Source: a virus (lineage: Duplodnaviria; Caudoviricetes). Taken from it: DNA of 25,949 bases. Both the position numbers and the translations under genes were made by a program. This document shows, one piece after another, positions 1 through 8,523 of this stretch. The notes under the pieces were generated by a model. That model worked only from the letters and a program-made list of their open reading frames with translations. It ran no database searches and was not told the DNA's origin. The stretch is from positions 1-25,949 of IMG/VR virus record IMGVR_UViG_3300016263_001520; one strand, 5' to 3'. Position 1 is the first letter of the stretch; every line of letters starts with the position of its first letter.

Positions 1-770
1 CTAACGCAACAAGATATCTTTCAAATACTGGAACAAACAACGCTCCAGCCTATGCACAAGTTAATCTATCAAATGGTGTGACTGGAACATTGCCAGTTGG
101 GAATGGCGGACTTGGTGTAGCCTCGACCACAGCTTATGGTGTATTAGCAGGAGGCACCTCTTCGACTTCAGCTGTTCAAAACTGTGGAGCAGGGACGAGC
201 GGTCAAATCTTGAAAAGTAATGGAAATTCTGCGTTACCGAGTTTTGTTGCCCCTTCAAGTGTTGGTGCCTCAATGGTGCTTTTACACACGATCACTTTTG
301 ACAACACCGCATCTTCATATAATATAACATCTTATTTAAGCTCTAGTTATCAGACCTATAAAATAATTGGTACGAATATTCAAGGTTTTAACGGCGGTTC
401 AAACAATATAGCTCTTAGAGTTTCGACCGATGGAGGATCAACATTTGCAACAACAGGTTATAGTTTTAAAGCAGCTCTTTGGGATTTAGGCGCAGTCACT
501 TTTGGTGCTTTTGGTGGAACTGACAGCATACCTATGAGTTATCTTGATCTTACTTCAACAAGCGATTATGTAAGTTTTGAGGGGATGTTGACAGGTTATT
601 TAGCTTCAACAGGTATACAACTAACTACAGACACTTCACTCAAGCCCACAAACAAAATAATAACTACTATGGGTAACTATATAGGTACGGTCAACGGTCT
701 GCAAATTTTAAATTTAAACGCTGTTAATATAGTGTCTGGAAAAGTTTCCATTTACGGAATCGTGCAATAA
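1..770 (+). CDS. Tail fibre / receptor-binding-like protein, 5'-truncated (paralog 1)
   Basis: The frame is open from position 3 ([28 protein letters not shown]), so the gene starts upstream of the window. Gly/Ser/Thr-rich, with LPVGNGGLG and [11 protein letters not shown] fibre motifs and a C-terminal beta-rich domain ending [10 protein letters not shown]. Confidence 0.75.
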   Translation, partial: NATRYLSNTGTNNAPAYAQVNLSNGVTGTLPVGNGGLGVASTTAYGVLAGGTSSTSAVQNCGAGTSGQILKSNGNSALPSFVAPSSVGASMVLLHTITFDNTASSYNITSYLSSSYQTYKIIGTNIQGFNGGSNNIALRVSTDGGSTFATTGYSFKAALWDLGAVTFGAFGGTDSIPMSYLDLTSTSDYVSFEGMLTGYLASTGIQLTTDTSLKPTNKIITTMGNYIGTVNGLQILNLNAVNIVSGKVSIYGIVQ

Positions 771-1592
771 GAGGATTTATGCCAACAAACAACTCAATTA
801 ACTCTCAAGACCCGATCCAAGTTTCGAAGGGTGGAACTGGTTTAAATACCGTTGCTCAAGGAGACCTATTAATTGCCTCGGCCTCTAATACGCTTGCATC
901 TCTGCCGAAAGACACTAACGCAACAAGGTACCTTTCAAATACTGGGACAAACAATGCCCCAGCCTACGCCCAAGTCGATTTATCAAATGGTGTGACTGGG
1001 AATTTACCTGTAACTAATTTGAATAGTGGATCAAGTGCCTCAGCTACAACTTTTTGGAGAGGAGATGCTACTTGGGCTACTCCCAGTAGCGGTGCGATGG
1101 TTCTATTACACACGATCACTTTTAACAACACCGCATCTTCATATGATATAACACCCTATTTAAGCTCGACTTATAAAACTTATAAATTTATAGCCACTGA
1201 AGTTCAAAATATTGGACTGGGTTCAGGTGCAAATTTGTCAATAAGGGTATCCACCAATGGGGGCACAAGTTTTATAACAACTGGCTACACCTCAGGTCTA
1301 ATGAACTTTTTGTTTAGTGGTGTCCCTTCTGGCCCTTTTACAACAACTGATAGAATAATATTTTCTTGGCTGGATGTTGCAAATACTAATTACACTTCTC
1401 TCGACGGGTTGCTCACTGGATATTTAAGCTCAACTGGGGTTCAATTCACAGCCACTCAAGGGAGAACGGGAACTGAATACTACTTTGCAAACTCTATATA
1501 TCCTTCAGCTACTGTCAATGGTTTACAATTAGTCAACTCCGCAGGCCAAAATTTTACAGCTGGAAAAGTTTCCATTTACGGAATTGTGCAAT
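1..1592 (+). repeat. Direct repeats between the two fibre paralogs (1-~95/915-~1009; 273-~360/1097-~1184; 736-768/1560-1592)
   Basis: Near-identical DNA blocks, e.g. ctggaaaagtttccatttacggaat(c/t)gtgcaat is identical at 32 of 33 positions. Confidence 0.9.
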
Positions 1593-1594
1593 GA
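779..1594 (+). CDS. Tail fibre / receptor-binding-like protein (paralog 2)
   Basis: GAGGA RBS. Motifs VSKGGTG and [13 protein letters not shown]. Shares an N-terminal block and the C-terminal domain boundaries with the upstream paralog. Confidence 0.75.
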   Translation: MPTNNSINSQDPIQVSKGGTGLNTVAQGDLLIASASNTLASLPKDTNATRYLSNTGTNNAPAYAQVDLSNGVTGNLPVTNLNSGSSASATTFWRGDATWATPSSGAMVLLHTITFNNTASSYDITPYLSSTYKTYKFIATEVQNIGLGSGANLSIRVSTNGGTSFITTGYTSGLMNFLFSGVPSGPFTTTDRIIFSWLDVANTNYTSLDGLLTGYLSSTGVQFTATQGRTGTEYYFANSIYPSATVNGLQLVNSAGQNFTAGKVSIYGIVQ

Positions 1595-1620
1595 AAAAAC
1601 CCCAGTTTTTAGGCTGGGGA
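1594..1620 (-). terminator. Rho-independent terminator (possibly bidirectional)
   Basis: Minus strand reads CCCCAG-cctaaaaa-CTGGGG followed by TTTTTT. Confidence 0.75.
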
Positions 1621-1760
1621 AACTGCATCGATTAAGGCTTCAACTCAAAAGGGAGAAGTTTTTTCAAAAAGAGGCAATCTTTTTGATATCTTTAATTCTA
1701 AATTAGACATCCCCAATTCCTTGAAGATGTCATCTGCCTGTACGGCAGTCAACTATCATT
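1594..1760 (-). ncRNA. Candidate structured small RNA (~165 nt)
   Basis: ORF-free. Hairpins at 1734-1748, 1706-1731 (11 bp, GGAA tetraloop, G-U pairs valid only on the minus strand) and 1664-1686 (8 bp, loop AUUGCCU), ending in the terminator above. Confidence 0.5.
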
Positions 1761-1843
1761 TAAGATAACACCATAATAAATCAAAATCCGAATTAATTGC
1801 AATAAATCTTCTCAAAAAATGCAAAAAAAGTTAATTTCAAATT

Positions 1844-2068
1844 ATGTTTAAAAGTTTTGAAGATTTTTTAGCTGAAACGCCAAAATGGGGCTACTGGTTA
1901 TTACTAATTTTTTTAGCAATTATTGGGACTGCGTTATATTACTCTTCAATTGCTTATTCGAGCTACAAACATGATAATTTAATTGAAGAAACAGTGGAAA
2001 AGGCTATAGAAAAAGCTACAGGAATTGATATAGATCTTTCACCCGACTCACCGGAACCACAGCCATGA
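1844..2068 (+). CDS. Small single-TM membrane protein (possible holin/lysis accessory)
   Basis: Hydrophobic helix WLLLIFLAIIGTALYY and acidic tail DNLIEETVEKAIEKATGIDIDLSPDSPE. Confidence 0.6.
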   Translation: MFKSFEDFLAETPKWGYWLLLIFLAIIGTALYYSSIAYSSYKHDNLIEETVEKAIEKATGIDIDLSPDSPEPQP

Positions 2069-2274
2069 AATTAATTTTTTTATTGTGTGCCTTAAATGCG
2101 TGCACCGCCAGAATTTCAATAGACAAAGACGGCACACACGATTTTTCGATAAGTTCTTATAAAGATAAGATACAGTTAGACGATGACCCTCTTATAAAAG
2201 ACGATCTACGCGATAAGAAACAATCGGATTCTTGCGATATTGCTCAAGGTCAATTGTCCCAAGCTCTGGTATAG
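2065..2274 (+). CDS. Small putative lipoprotein
   Basis: ATGA overlap with the upstream gene. Signal-like MKLIFLLCALNA-C lipobox. The 3' end overlaps the exonuclease gene on the opposite strand. Confidence 0.45.
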   Translation: MKLIFLLCALNACTARISIDKDGTHDFSISSYKDKIQLDDDPLIKDDLRDKKQSDSCDIAQGQLSQALV

Positions 2275-3064
2275 CTTTATAGTCGATATTTCCCGGTCTC
2301 ATGATCTTTTGAAAGCGCATGTTTTTACCAGCAATGTTTTGACCATCTGCCATGACCTTTAGCTTTTCTCTTAATTCTTTCTCTTTTGCCTCAAGGACCG
2401 ACAGCTGATCTAAGATTTCCAGCAATTCTGTTTCAACTGTAACCCAGTTTTCGTCATGACCCTTTTGAACATAATCGCCATCTTGAAGCTTTGGCGGTTC
2501 TAAGTTTTTGACCTGCTCCCAGAATTCGACCTCTTTTTTCAATAGCTTTGTAATATACTTATCGTCGCGGTATACGTTTACAACTATGAGTTCACCCTTG
2601 TGGTATGAGCAGTAGTGCATCTTCATATGACCTGTACAAGCGAGCTGATGCTGTAATTGAGGTAAATACTTTTCAGGAACAATCCCATATCTAGCCAAAT
2701 CGTGATCTTCTTCGTTACAGTTTTTGATCTCAATCGCTAGATTTTGAAGCATCGCAATACCGTCTAAAGAAGCCATCAAGAAAGGGATTTCCTTGTGTAC
2801 AACAATAGTGTCTTCCGGATCTGTAGAAACAAAGTCCTTAGTTTCAGTCTCATAAGCCGATCTTGCAACAGGCTCCATTTGCTTTCCATAGCGTGTAGCG
2901 GATGTGTCTTTGGAATGATCTTCAAAACCGGTCTTTTCTTGCCACAGCTGATAAGGTGTTTTCCATGGCGACACACCCATAATTACAGGTGCATCGCTTG
3001 ATCCAATATGCTTTTTTCTGAAAGATAGCCAGTCTTCTGACCCTTGAATTAGATTAGTGCTCAT
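2192..3064 (-). CDS. YqaJ-family / lambda-exonuclease-like recombination nuclease
   Basis: Motifs WLSFRKKHIGSSD, KTPYQLWQEKTG, ASLDG, IEIK and YLPQLQHQL. RBS AGGAGG. Confidence 0.92.
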   Translation of the reverse strand: MSTNLIQGSEDWLSFRKKHIGSSDAPVIMGVSPWKTPYQLWQEKTGFEDHSKDTSATRYGKQMEPVARSAYETETKDFVSTDPEDTIVVHKEIPFLMASLDGIAMLQNLAIEIKNCNEEDHDLARYGIVPEKYLPQLQHQLACTGHMKMHYCSYHKGELIVVNVYRDDKYITKLLKKEVEFWEQVKNLEPPKLQDGDYVQKGHDENWVTVETELLEILDQLSVLEAKEKELREKLKVMADGQNIAGKNMRFQKIMRPGNIDYKAIPELGTIDLEQYRKNPIVSYRVDRLL

Positions 3065-3088
3065 ATTGCCTCCTTTGCATTACATCAC

Positions 3089-3117
3089 ATTATAATATAT
3101 GATATGCAAAATTGCAA
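3089..3117 (-). promoter_or_regulatory. Sigma70-type promoter for the exonuclease gene
   Basis: TTGCAA-17 bp-TATAAT on the minus strand. Confidence 0.75.
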
Positions 3118-3127
3118 TAAAAAAGCA

Positions 3128-3898
3128 TTAAAGTGTGATTTTTCTATGATGTTGAATCACGCCTTTTGTCTTTTGAAATTGATCTTCGGTCAGATCGGAA
3201 AGGTCATTAACTCCATAAGCCTTTTGGAGATATGAAGCTAGTCGTTCTCTGAGTCCGTCATCGTCTCCAATAAGTTCGTCAAGAATTTCCTTACGCTTAG
3301 AACCCTCTTCTAGTTGAATATCAAGCTCTTCCGAGTGTAATAGGTCAAAAACAGGCTTGATTGGCTTAGCGGGCTCAAAAATAGGCTTTTCGGGGATTGA
3401 AGCATCTAAAGAGATTTCTCCCTCTACATAAACAGACCCGATAATATCTGGAAAAAGCTGTCTTGCTAAACGTGATAAAGCCCTCGCAAAAAGCATATCT
3501 CTAGTGTAGTTTTTCCAGACTGGAGAATTTGTAAGCCCTGCTTTCTCTGCTTCTGCTATTGTAAAAGACTCATGCCAAATATCTCCATTATCTGCTCTAC
3601 GTCCGTACAACTTGCAAATAGTATCGTCAGAAGATTTGCAACGGGTAATCGAGTGTCCACGACTTCTTATCAAAGCATTCATTGTCCTCGCTGACATCTC
3701 AATTTTTCCCTTGACGTTGTATAAACCACCGTTCAAAGCAATTCTAGGGTCAAGTCCCAAAGACTTAGCCGTTTCGATAATGAGTACGATGCCCTCTTTC
3801 CCAAGCCTTGCGTAATGTGGCATTTTTAAAAGCTCTTCACAAACTTTATGTGTCTCTTCAATGTCTTGTAAAAAGCTTTTTTGTACTTCGTTTTTCAT
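3128..3898 (-). CDS. RecT/Redbeta-like single-strand annealing protein
   Basis: LGLDPRIALNGGLYNVKGK...MSARTMNALIR and WKNYTRDMLFARALSRLARQLFPD. Adjacent to the exonuclease. Confidence 0.8.
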   Translation of the reverse strand: MKNEVQKSFLQDIEETHKVCEELLKMPHYARLGKEGIVLIIETAKSLGLDPRIALNGGLYNVKGKIEMSARTMNALIRSRGHSITRCKSSDDTICKLYGRRADNGDIWHESFTIAEAEKAGLTNSPVWKNYTRDMLFARALSRLARQLFPDIIGSVYVEGEISLDASIPEKPIFEPAKPIKPVFDLLHSEELDIQLEEGSKRKEILDELIGDDDGLRERLASYLQKAYGVNDLSDLTEDQFQKTKGVIQHHRKITL

Positions 3899-3960
3899 AA
3901 ATAATATTCCAATTCTATAAGTTATGTTATAGTTTTATAATAATTGAGATTAATTCTCAA

Positions 3961-4482
3961 CTAAAAATCCGCAGGAGGAGGTAATAAGCTCAGGTACTTT
4001 TTCATGAGATCCAAGCAATAATCCTCGTCTAAGATTGCTCGTCTTAAGTCTTTTTTTACGCGATCAAGTGGTGGTTTCATAGACTGACACAGCTTTTTTA
4101 ACCCTTCAACATCCCCAGACTCTAATTTTTTAAGGACTCTTCTTTTAATAACTTCTCCTGAAAGCGCCCTTTGTTTCGAATTTTTTCTTATATTATTACC
4201 CGGATAACGCTTTGGTTTTGAGACAGTTAAGATCTGCTCTCTTAAAATCCGTATAAGATTCCGTGGATCTTTTTCTAATTTTTTTCTACTTAAGTAAGGC
4301 GGATGAAAAGTACCGTCTAAAGAAATGTGTCGATATACCTTATTATCCGAATCAACGTTTAGTTTTTTTTTGCACTCATCAAGCGTTTGCTTAAGTATTC
4401 TTAAGTCATAGTCTTTTGGGTCGCGATAAACACGTATAGCTTCACCCGATCCCAAGTCTCCGTGCCATTCTACTATTTCCAT
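3961..4482 (-). CDS. Hypothetical basic protein
   Basis: 173-aa ORF tightly packed in the leftward operon. Confidence 0.6.
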   Translation of the reverse strand: MEIVEWHGDLGSGEAIRVYRDPKDYDLRILKQTLDECKKKLNVDSDNKVYRHISLDGTFHPPYLSRKKLEKDPRNLIRILREQILTVSKPKRYPGNNIRKNSKQRALSGEVIKRRVLKKLESGDVEGLKKLCQSMKPPLDRVKKDLRRAILDEDYCLDLMKKYLSLLPPPADF

Positions 4483-4483
4483 T

Positions 4484-4666
4484 TTACTTATCCTTTAACT
4501 CTTCTCGAAACCACCTAAGCTCTTCAGCAATAGTCTTCAGCCCCTCTTCCATTCCATCCAAGTTTCGGTCTATCCGCAGGTCATAAATCTGTTTTAAAGT
4601 TGCTTGGATTCTATAAATATATACTATAAACCAAAGTGCGCAAAAAATAGCTAAATACTCAATCAT
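4484..4666 (-). CDS. Hypothetical small membrane-anchored protein
   Basis: N-terminal hydrophobic helix, operon packing. Confidence 0.55.
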   Translation of the reverse strand: MIEYLAIFCALWFIVYIYRIQATLKQIYDLRIDRNLDGMEEGLKTIAEELRWFREELKDK

Positions 4667-4775
4667 AATACCCCGAATATTCTGTATCTTCTTTAAAAGA
4701 GTTAATAAATTCCTTTATAGAGCAGCAAAGATTGTACAAAATAAAAGCTGTAAATAGTGTTGTAAAAGCCGACAT
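4659..4775 (-). CDS. Hypothetical 38-aa peptide (not in ORF track)
   Basis: MSAFTTLFTAFILYNLCCSIKEFINSFKEDTEYSGYYD*. GGGAGG RBS, and it fills the gap between its neighbours. Confidence 0.55.
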   Translation of the reverse strand: MSAFTTLFTAFILYNLCCSIKEFINSFKEDTEYSGYYD

Positions 4776-4784
4776 AACCCCTCC

Positions 4785-5096
4785 CTAATCTCTATAAGCG
4801 TTACAATGAGTTTCGTAACCGTCGTCTTCCTCGAAACCGGCACTTTCAGCTATTTGGTTTAGAAGGTCTTTTACCATTTCTAAAGAATACCTTTCGACTC
4901 CACACTCTCCACCCTCTATCCAAGTCTCATAAATACGTCTCTCCCAGTCATTTACGTCCTGTAAGCGTGTTTTTATGTCGAATCCGTCGCAGAAAACTGT
5001 CTTGTAGTCGTATTTCAGTTGCTTTTGGAGATCGCCTACAGTCCATAGATTCTCAATTAGATAGTCTAGACCAGCGCATTGAAAAGATTTACTCAT
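4785..5096 (-). CDS. Hypothetical acidic protein
   Basis: 103 aa, GAGAGG RBS, own promoter upstream. Confidence 0.65.
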   Translation of the reverse strand: MSKSFQCAGLDYLIENLWTVGDLQKQLKYDYKTVFCDGFDIKTRLQDVNDWERRIYETWIEGGECGVERYSLEMVKDLLNQIAESAGFEEDDGYETHCNAYRD

Positions 5097-5119
5097 GATT
5101 GCCTCTCATTTATAAGTAA

Positions 5120-5148
5120 ATTATACTGAATTTAAATAAATAAATCAA
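5120..5148 (-). promoter_or_regulatory. Sigma70-type promoter
   Basis: TTGATT-17 bp-TATAAT. Confidence 0.7.
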
Positions 5149-5210
5149 GATAAATTTACGTTTTTTCATTTCTAAGCTCATCGCTTGCGAAATTAATTGA
5201 ATAATTGAAG

Positions 5211-5238
5211 ACCATTTCGAGGACATTCTCGAAATGGT
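5211..5238. terminator. Perfect 11-bp hairpin (terminator or processing site)
   Basis: ACCATTTCGAG-gacatt-CTCGAAATGGT just downstream of the 5250..5753 gene. U-tract is weak. Confidence 0.5.
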
Positions 5239-5249
5239 TGAACTAGGGT

Positions 5250-5753
5250 CTAGATCAAGCTGATTTTTTTTAACTCGTAGTTAATTGCGTTAAGAACAGC
5301 GTTTTTATTTTTCTTTTCTTGTTCTTCTCTAGCTGTTCTCTGTTCTTCTGTTTCGTCAAACGGAACATTTACAAATTTGTAACTCACGTTTTTCATAACT
5401 TTTGAAATAGCAAGACGTTGTTTAATTTGAGCAAGTTGAAAGGGGTTTAGGTTCTCTTTGTGTTGCTCATAAAATTCTAAAATAGTTTTTTCATCTGCAA
5501 AATTAGTTAAAGAGAAGGTTTGTAAATGACCTTGTTCATCAAGAAATAAAACTTTCACAAAAGCATAAGTAGATTTTTTTGGAGCACACCATTTTCCAGA
5601 CCGCGGGTCTTTTGTTTGGACTATAAAACGATCGCCGTTTTTATTAGATTCAATCCACGCTCTTTGTTCTGTTCTCATACGAAAACCCCACGGATAATCT
5701 TTTACTACGTATGCTGTTTCTTCTGATGTGTGATTGTAAAGATAGTTTGTCAT
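5250..5753 (-). CDS. Phage hypothetical protein
   Basis: 167 aa with YPWGFRMRT...WIE and GKWCAPKKSTY. GAGG RBS. Confidence 0.7.
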   Translation of the reverse strand: MTNYLYNHTSEETAYVVKDYPWGFRMRTEQRAWIESNKNGDRFIVQTKDPRSGKWCAPKKSTYAFVKVLFLDEQGHLQTFSLTNFADEKTILEFYEQHKENLNPFQLAQIKQRLAISKVMKNVSYKFVNVPFDETEEQRTAREEQEKKNKNAVLNAINYELKKISLI

Positions 5754-5761
5754 ATATGTTG

Positions 5762-6147
5762 CCTCATTTGTTGTGTTGATCCCTAAAAGAAGGGATGATT
5801 AATTTTTTGCAAAATTTCGAGTCCGTTCCAGCCGTTAACGATATAAAATATTTCTTGATATTTGTAATTTGGATGATAGATTGCCGTAACGGAAAGACCG
5901 TTGCGATTTAACAGACAAAAACTTACTAAATGAGGTGTAGTGATTAAATAATCTAAGAGGTCATCTTGACTAACCTCTTCGCTCTCTAAATTAAAAGCTT
6001 TACACTCTTTTATAAAATCGGAGTAATCCATGGAGCTGTTAATATTTTTGAAGAAGATTTCTTCATTTTTGTATTCTTCTGAATCGAAATATGACATCGT
6101 GTTTCCTCAATTTGTTGTGTTGCCCCTCAAAAAAAAGGGGGATGGTT
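5762..6147. repeat. Imperfect ~40-bp direct repeat (5762-5800, 6105-6147) flanking one gene
   Basis: cctca(a)tttgttgtgttg, then a ccct..aggg hairpin, then gatg(a/g)tt in both copies. Confidence 0.75.
5783..6097 (-). CDS. Hypothetical protein
   Basis: 104 aa, GAGGA RBS. Confidence 0.65.
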   Translation of the reverse strand: MSYFDSEEYKNEEIFFKNINSSMDYSDFIKECKAFNLESEEVSQDDLLDYLITTPHLVSFCLLNRNGLSVTAIYHPNYKYQEIFYIVNGWNGLEILQKINHPFF

Positions 6148-6149
6148 GC

Positions 6150-6296
6150 CTCTTTTATCTATATTAATATGATATGCAAATCTGCATAATTAATCAAGAA
6201 ATAAGAAAAATAAAATAAAGATTTGTATTATTAAACATAGATTACATTATTAATTAAATTCTTGAAAAAAATTAATAGCTCTGATACTGTGCAATT
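6150..6296. promoter_or_regulatory. Divergent promoter / genetic switch region
   Basis: Very AT-rich gap between divergent operons. Leftward TTGATT-17-TATCAT, and rightward TTGAAA..GATACT just before the HTH gene. Confidence 0.6.
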
Positions 6297-6590
6297 ATGA
6301 AATATTTATTTGACGGTGCTTACTTTCCGAAGGAGATCTTTGAGACTTATCCTTTTAGGGTGTGGATGCAACAAAAGGGCTTATCTCAAGCAGAGTTTGC
6401 GCGTAAATTAATGAGCACGCAATCGGGGCTTTCTCGAATCGCTTCTAGAGATATGTCTGCTTCTCTGCTGTTAGCTCTAAAGATAATGCATTTCTCAAAT
6501 TTTGATTTCCATTTAGAAGATCTACTCTCTTCGAAAGATCTTCAAGAACTTCAAGATTTTAGGGGCATAAATGACACTAGCAATCATTGA
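6297..6590 (+). CDS. XRE/Cro-like HTH transcriptional regulator
   Basis: QKGLSQAEFARKLMSTQSGLSRI HTH. First gene of the rightward operon. Confidence 0.8.
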   Translation: MKYLFDGAYFPKEIFETYPFRVWMQQKGLSQAEFARKLMSTQSGLSRIASRDMSASLLLALKIMHFSNFDFHLEDLLSSKDLQELQDFRGINDTSNH

Positions 6591-8019
6591 AAAGAAAATC
6601 AAACAGCGAAAGGAATATGGTCGTCAAGGTCGCATCCGCAGCTTGTTCGCTGTCAGAATTCCGAAACTGATTTTGCAAGATCGACGCTTAAGCTCTAAAC
6701 AAAAACTGGTTCTAAGCACTCTACTGGCAATTTCAGATCATCAACGCATAGTATCGAATCGTCAAGAAGTGCGCGAACGAGTCATTGAGCTGTTGGAAAT
6801 CAAAGAGATTACGTACGACCTTACAATCCTTAAACTCAGAAAACTGGAATATCTCGAACAGACACCTACACGCTACAAACTAAAGCTAGGGAAATTTCAA
6901 TGTGTGACGGATTTTGTTCAAGTAGAACTCTCGCTGTTGCGCTTCTTAAAAGATCGTATCGCTAGTCATTCCCTGACAATTGATTGTGCATTTCTTTATT
7001 CGTACTTTGAAAGATTAACTCTTAGAGCAAAAGGAGACTTCAAAGTTAGCCAAAAAGCTGTCTGCGCTTATTTCAACATTACCGCAGGTCAGTTTATTAC
7101 ATATATGAATGAGCTATCTAAAAGCGGAGCACTAAAATATACAGGAATTCACAGATGGAATAAAAAGAGTGACATAGAACGTAAATTCTCTTATGTCTTA
7201 CGAGTTCCAAAATTACAACCAAAACTCGTCGAGCTTGTTCCAAAAAAAACGAAAAAACTGGTCTATAAAGAAGCAACAGAGGACATCCCCAGCCCTGAGT
7301 GTAAAAAATTTTTTTTGAACAAGGGGTCGTTGAGTCGAAGCATTAATCTCTCTCGTAAAACACGTGCGGAAAATTACATATATTTATATATAAATAACAG
7401 AGAACTGTTCAAAAAGGGGGGTTTGAGCACTACTCAAGCATCAATTTCACGAGAAATGTGGAAAGACGTCAGGCTAAATTACTTCGAATATCAGAAATTA
7501 GCTCAAAAATATGGGCATGAAAAGTTAGCGGAGATGTTCGTAACGTACTCAAACTGGAAAAAAGAGAAAGGAAACAGGCAAGTTGACGACTACTATGAGC
7601 TTGATAGGGGATGGGTATTGGATCTTTTGAAGCGAAATGATCTAAAAATCAGAATGAAGCGATTGGGATTAGATCCGCCAACTTTTCAAGGGGCTCTATT
7701 GAAAAAACTAGGAGATTCATTGGTGAAGCACACCCGAGCTCAACAGCAATTTAACAACTTTTTCAAGGAAGAGACAAAATCTTGGAGGGATCAACTTGCT
7801 TCATGGCGCGAACAGAAAAAATTAAGGGCTGAAAAAAGAAAGATGGAAAAGCTATTGAACCAACAGCTAGGGGGCACTTTGTCTACTGATCAAAAAACAG
7901 AGCATCAAATGGCTATAGAAAAAGAGAAAGACGATTACGAGTGGGACAAATACGAGAAGCTGAAACGTATGGAGTTCCGCGACAAAGATCCCTTCGAAAA
8001 CTATAGTGGGTACAGATAA
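6571..8019 (+). CDS. Putative replication initiator (HTH-containing)
   Basis: N-terminal IPKLILQDRRLSSKQKLV wHTH-like motif, second HTH-like VSQKAVCAYFNIT, and C-terminal VRLNYFEYQKLAQKYG...W helical domain. Positioned after the cro-like gene. Confidence 0.6.
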   Translation: MTLAIIEKKIKQRKEYGRQGRIRSLFAVRIPKLILQDRRLSSKQKLVLSTLLAISDHQRIVSNRQEVRERVIELLEIKEITYDLTILKLRKLEYLEQTPTRYKLKLGKFQCVTDFVQVELSLLRFLKDRIASHSLTIDCAFLYSYFERLTLRAKGDFKVSQKAVCAYFNITAGQFITYMNELSKSGALKYTGIHRWNKKSDIERKFSYVLRVPKLQPKLVELVPKKTKKLVYKEATEDIPSPECKKFFLNKGSLSRSINLSRKTRAENYIYLYINNRELFKKGGLSTTQASISREMWKDVRLNYFEYQKLAQKYGHEKLAEMFVTYSNWKKEKGNRQVDDYYELDRGWVLDLLKRNDLKIRMKRLGLDPPTFQGALLKKLGDSLVKHTRAQQQFNNFFKEETKSWRDQLASWREQKKLRAEKRKMEKLLNQQLGGTLSTDQKTEHQMAIEKEKDDYEWDKYEKLKRMEFRDKDPFENYSGYR

Positions 8020-8378
8020 TGAAAGCATTGAAAGAAGAAATCGAGAAGATTTTGGCTCAAGACAAAGAGAAAGCGCTAATTTTCGGAGACATGATCTACA
8101 AAATGCGTAAAAATTGTGGACTTTGTTTAATGCGGTCTGCAGAGCTAATGGGAATCTATTTTTCGCGTCTACGGTACTTTGAAAACAATATGTTCACTAG
8201 ATTGCCGAAAAAAGAGGAGATCGACAAGATCGCTTATTTCTATGACGTGTGCCCCGAATTCTTATGGGAAAAAGTGGTAGACTTTGTAGGTAAGAAATCT
8301 TATTTATCAGAGAACGTACCAGGCTTTAAACTTAACATATCACATCGAGATCATAATGATAATTTGTGCAAATTGTAA
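8019..8378 (+). CDS. XRE-like HTH protein
   Basis: FGDMIYKMRKNCGLCLMRSAELMGIYFSRLRYFEN...IDKIAYFYDV. Confidence 0.65.
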   Translation: MKALKEEIEKILAQDKEKALIFGDMIYKMRKNCGLCLMRSAELMGIYFSRLRYFENNMFTRLPKKEEIDKIAYFYDVCPEFLWEKVVDFVGKKSYLSENVPGFKLNISHRDHNDNLCKL

Positions 8379-8523
8379 AGAAGAGAAGGACATCATCGAT
8401 TACTACATAGCAAAAGGGCGTCACATGAGCATTTGCAAAGAGTGTCACAAGAAAAAAGCTACTGAAAGGACACATGCTTCTAGAGAGAAATCTGACAGAG
8501 TACAAATTAATACTAGATGTTGA
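8356..8523 (+). CDS. 55-aa zinc-ribbon protein (not in ORF track)
   Basis: MIICANCKEEKDIIDYYIAKGRHMSICKECHKKK..., with two CxxC pairs. Confidence 0.65.
   Translation: MIICANCKEEKDIIDYYIAKGRHMSICKECHKKKATERTHASREKSDRVQINTRC

Noticed and set aside
273-1592. DGR template/variable repeat pair in the fibre genes
   Set aside because: Mismatches include G/T and T/C and are not adenine-specific, both copies are coding, and there is no reverse transcriptase in the window.
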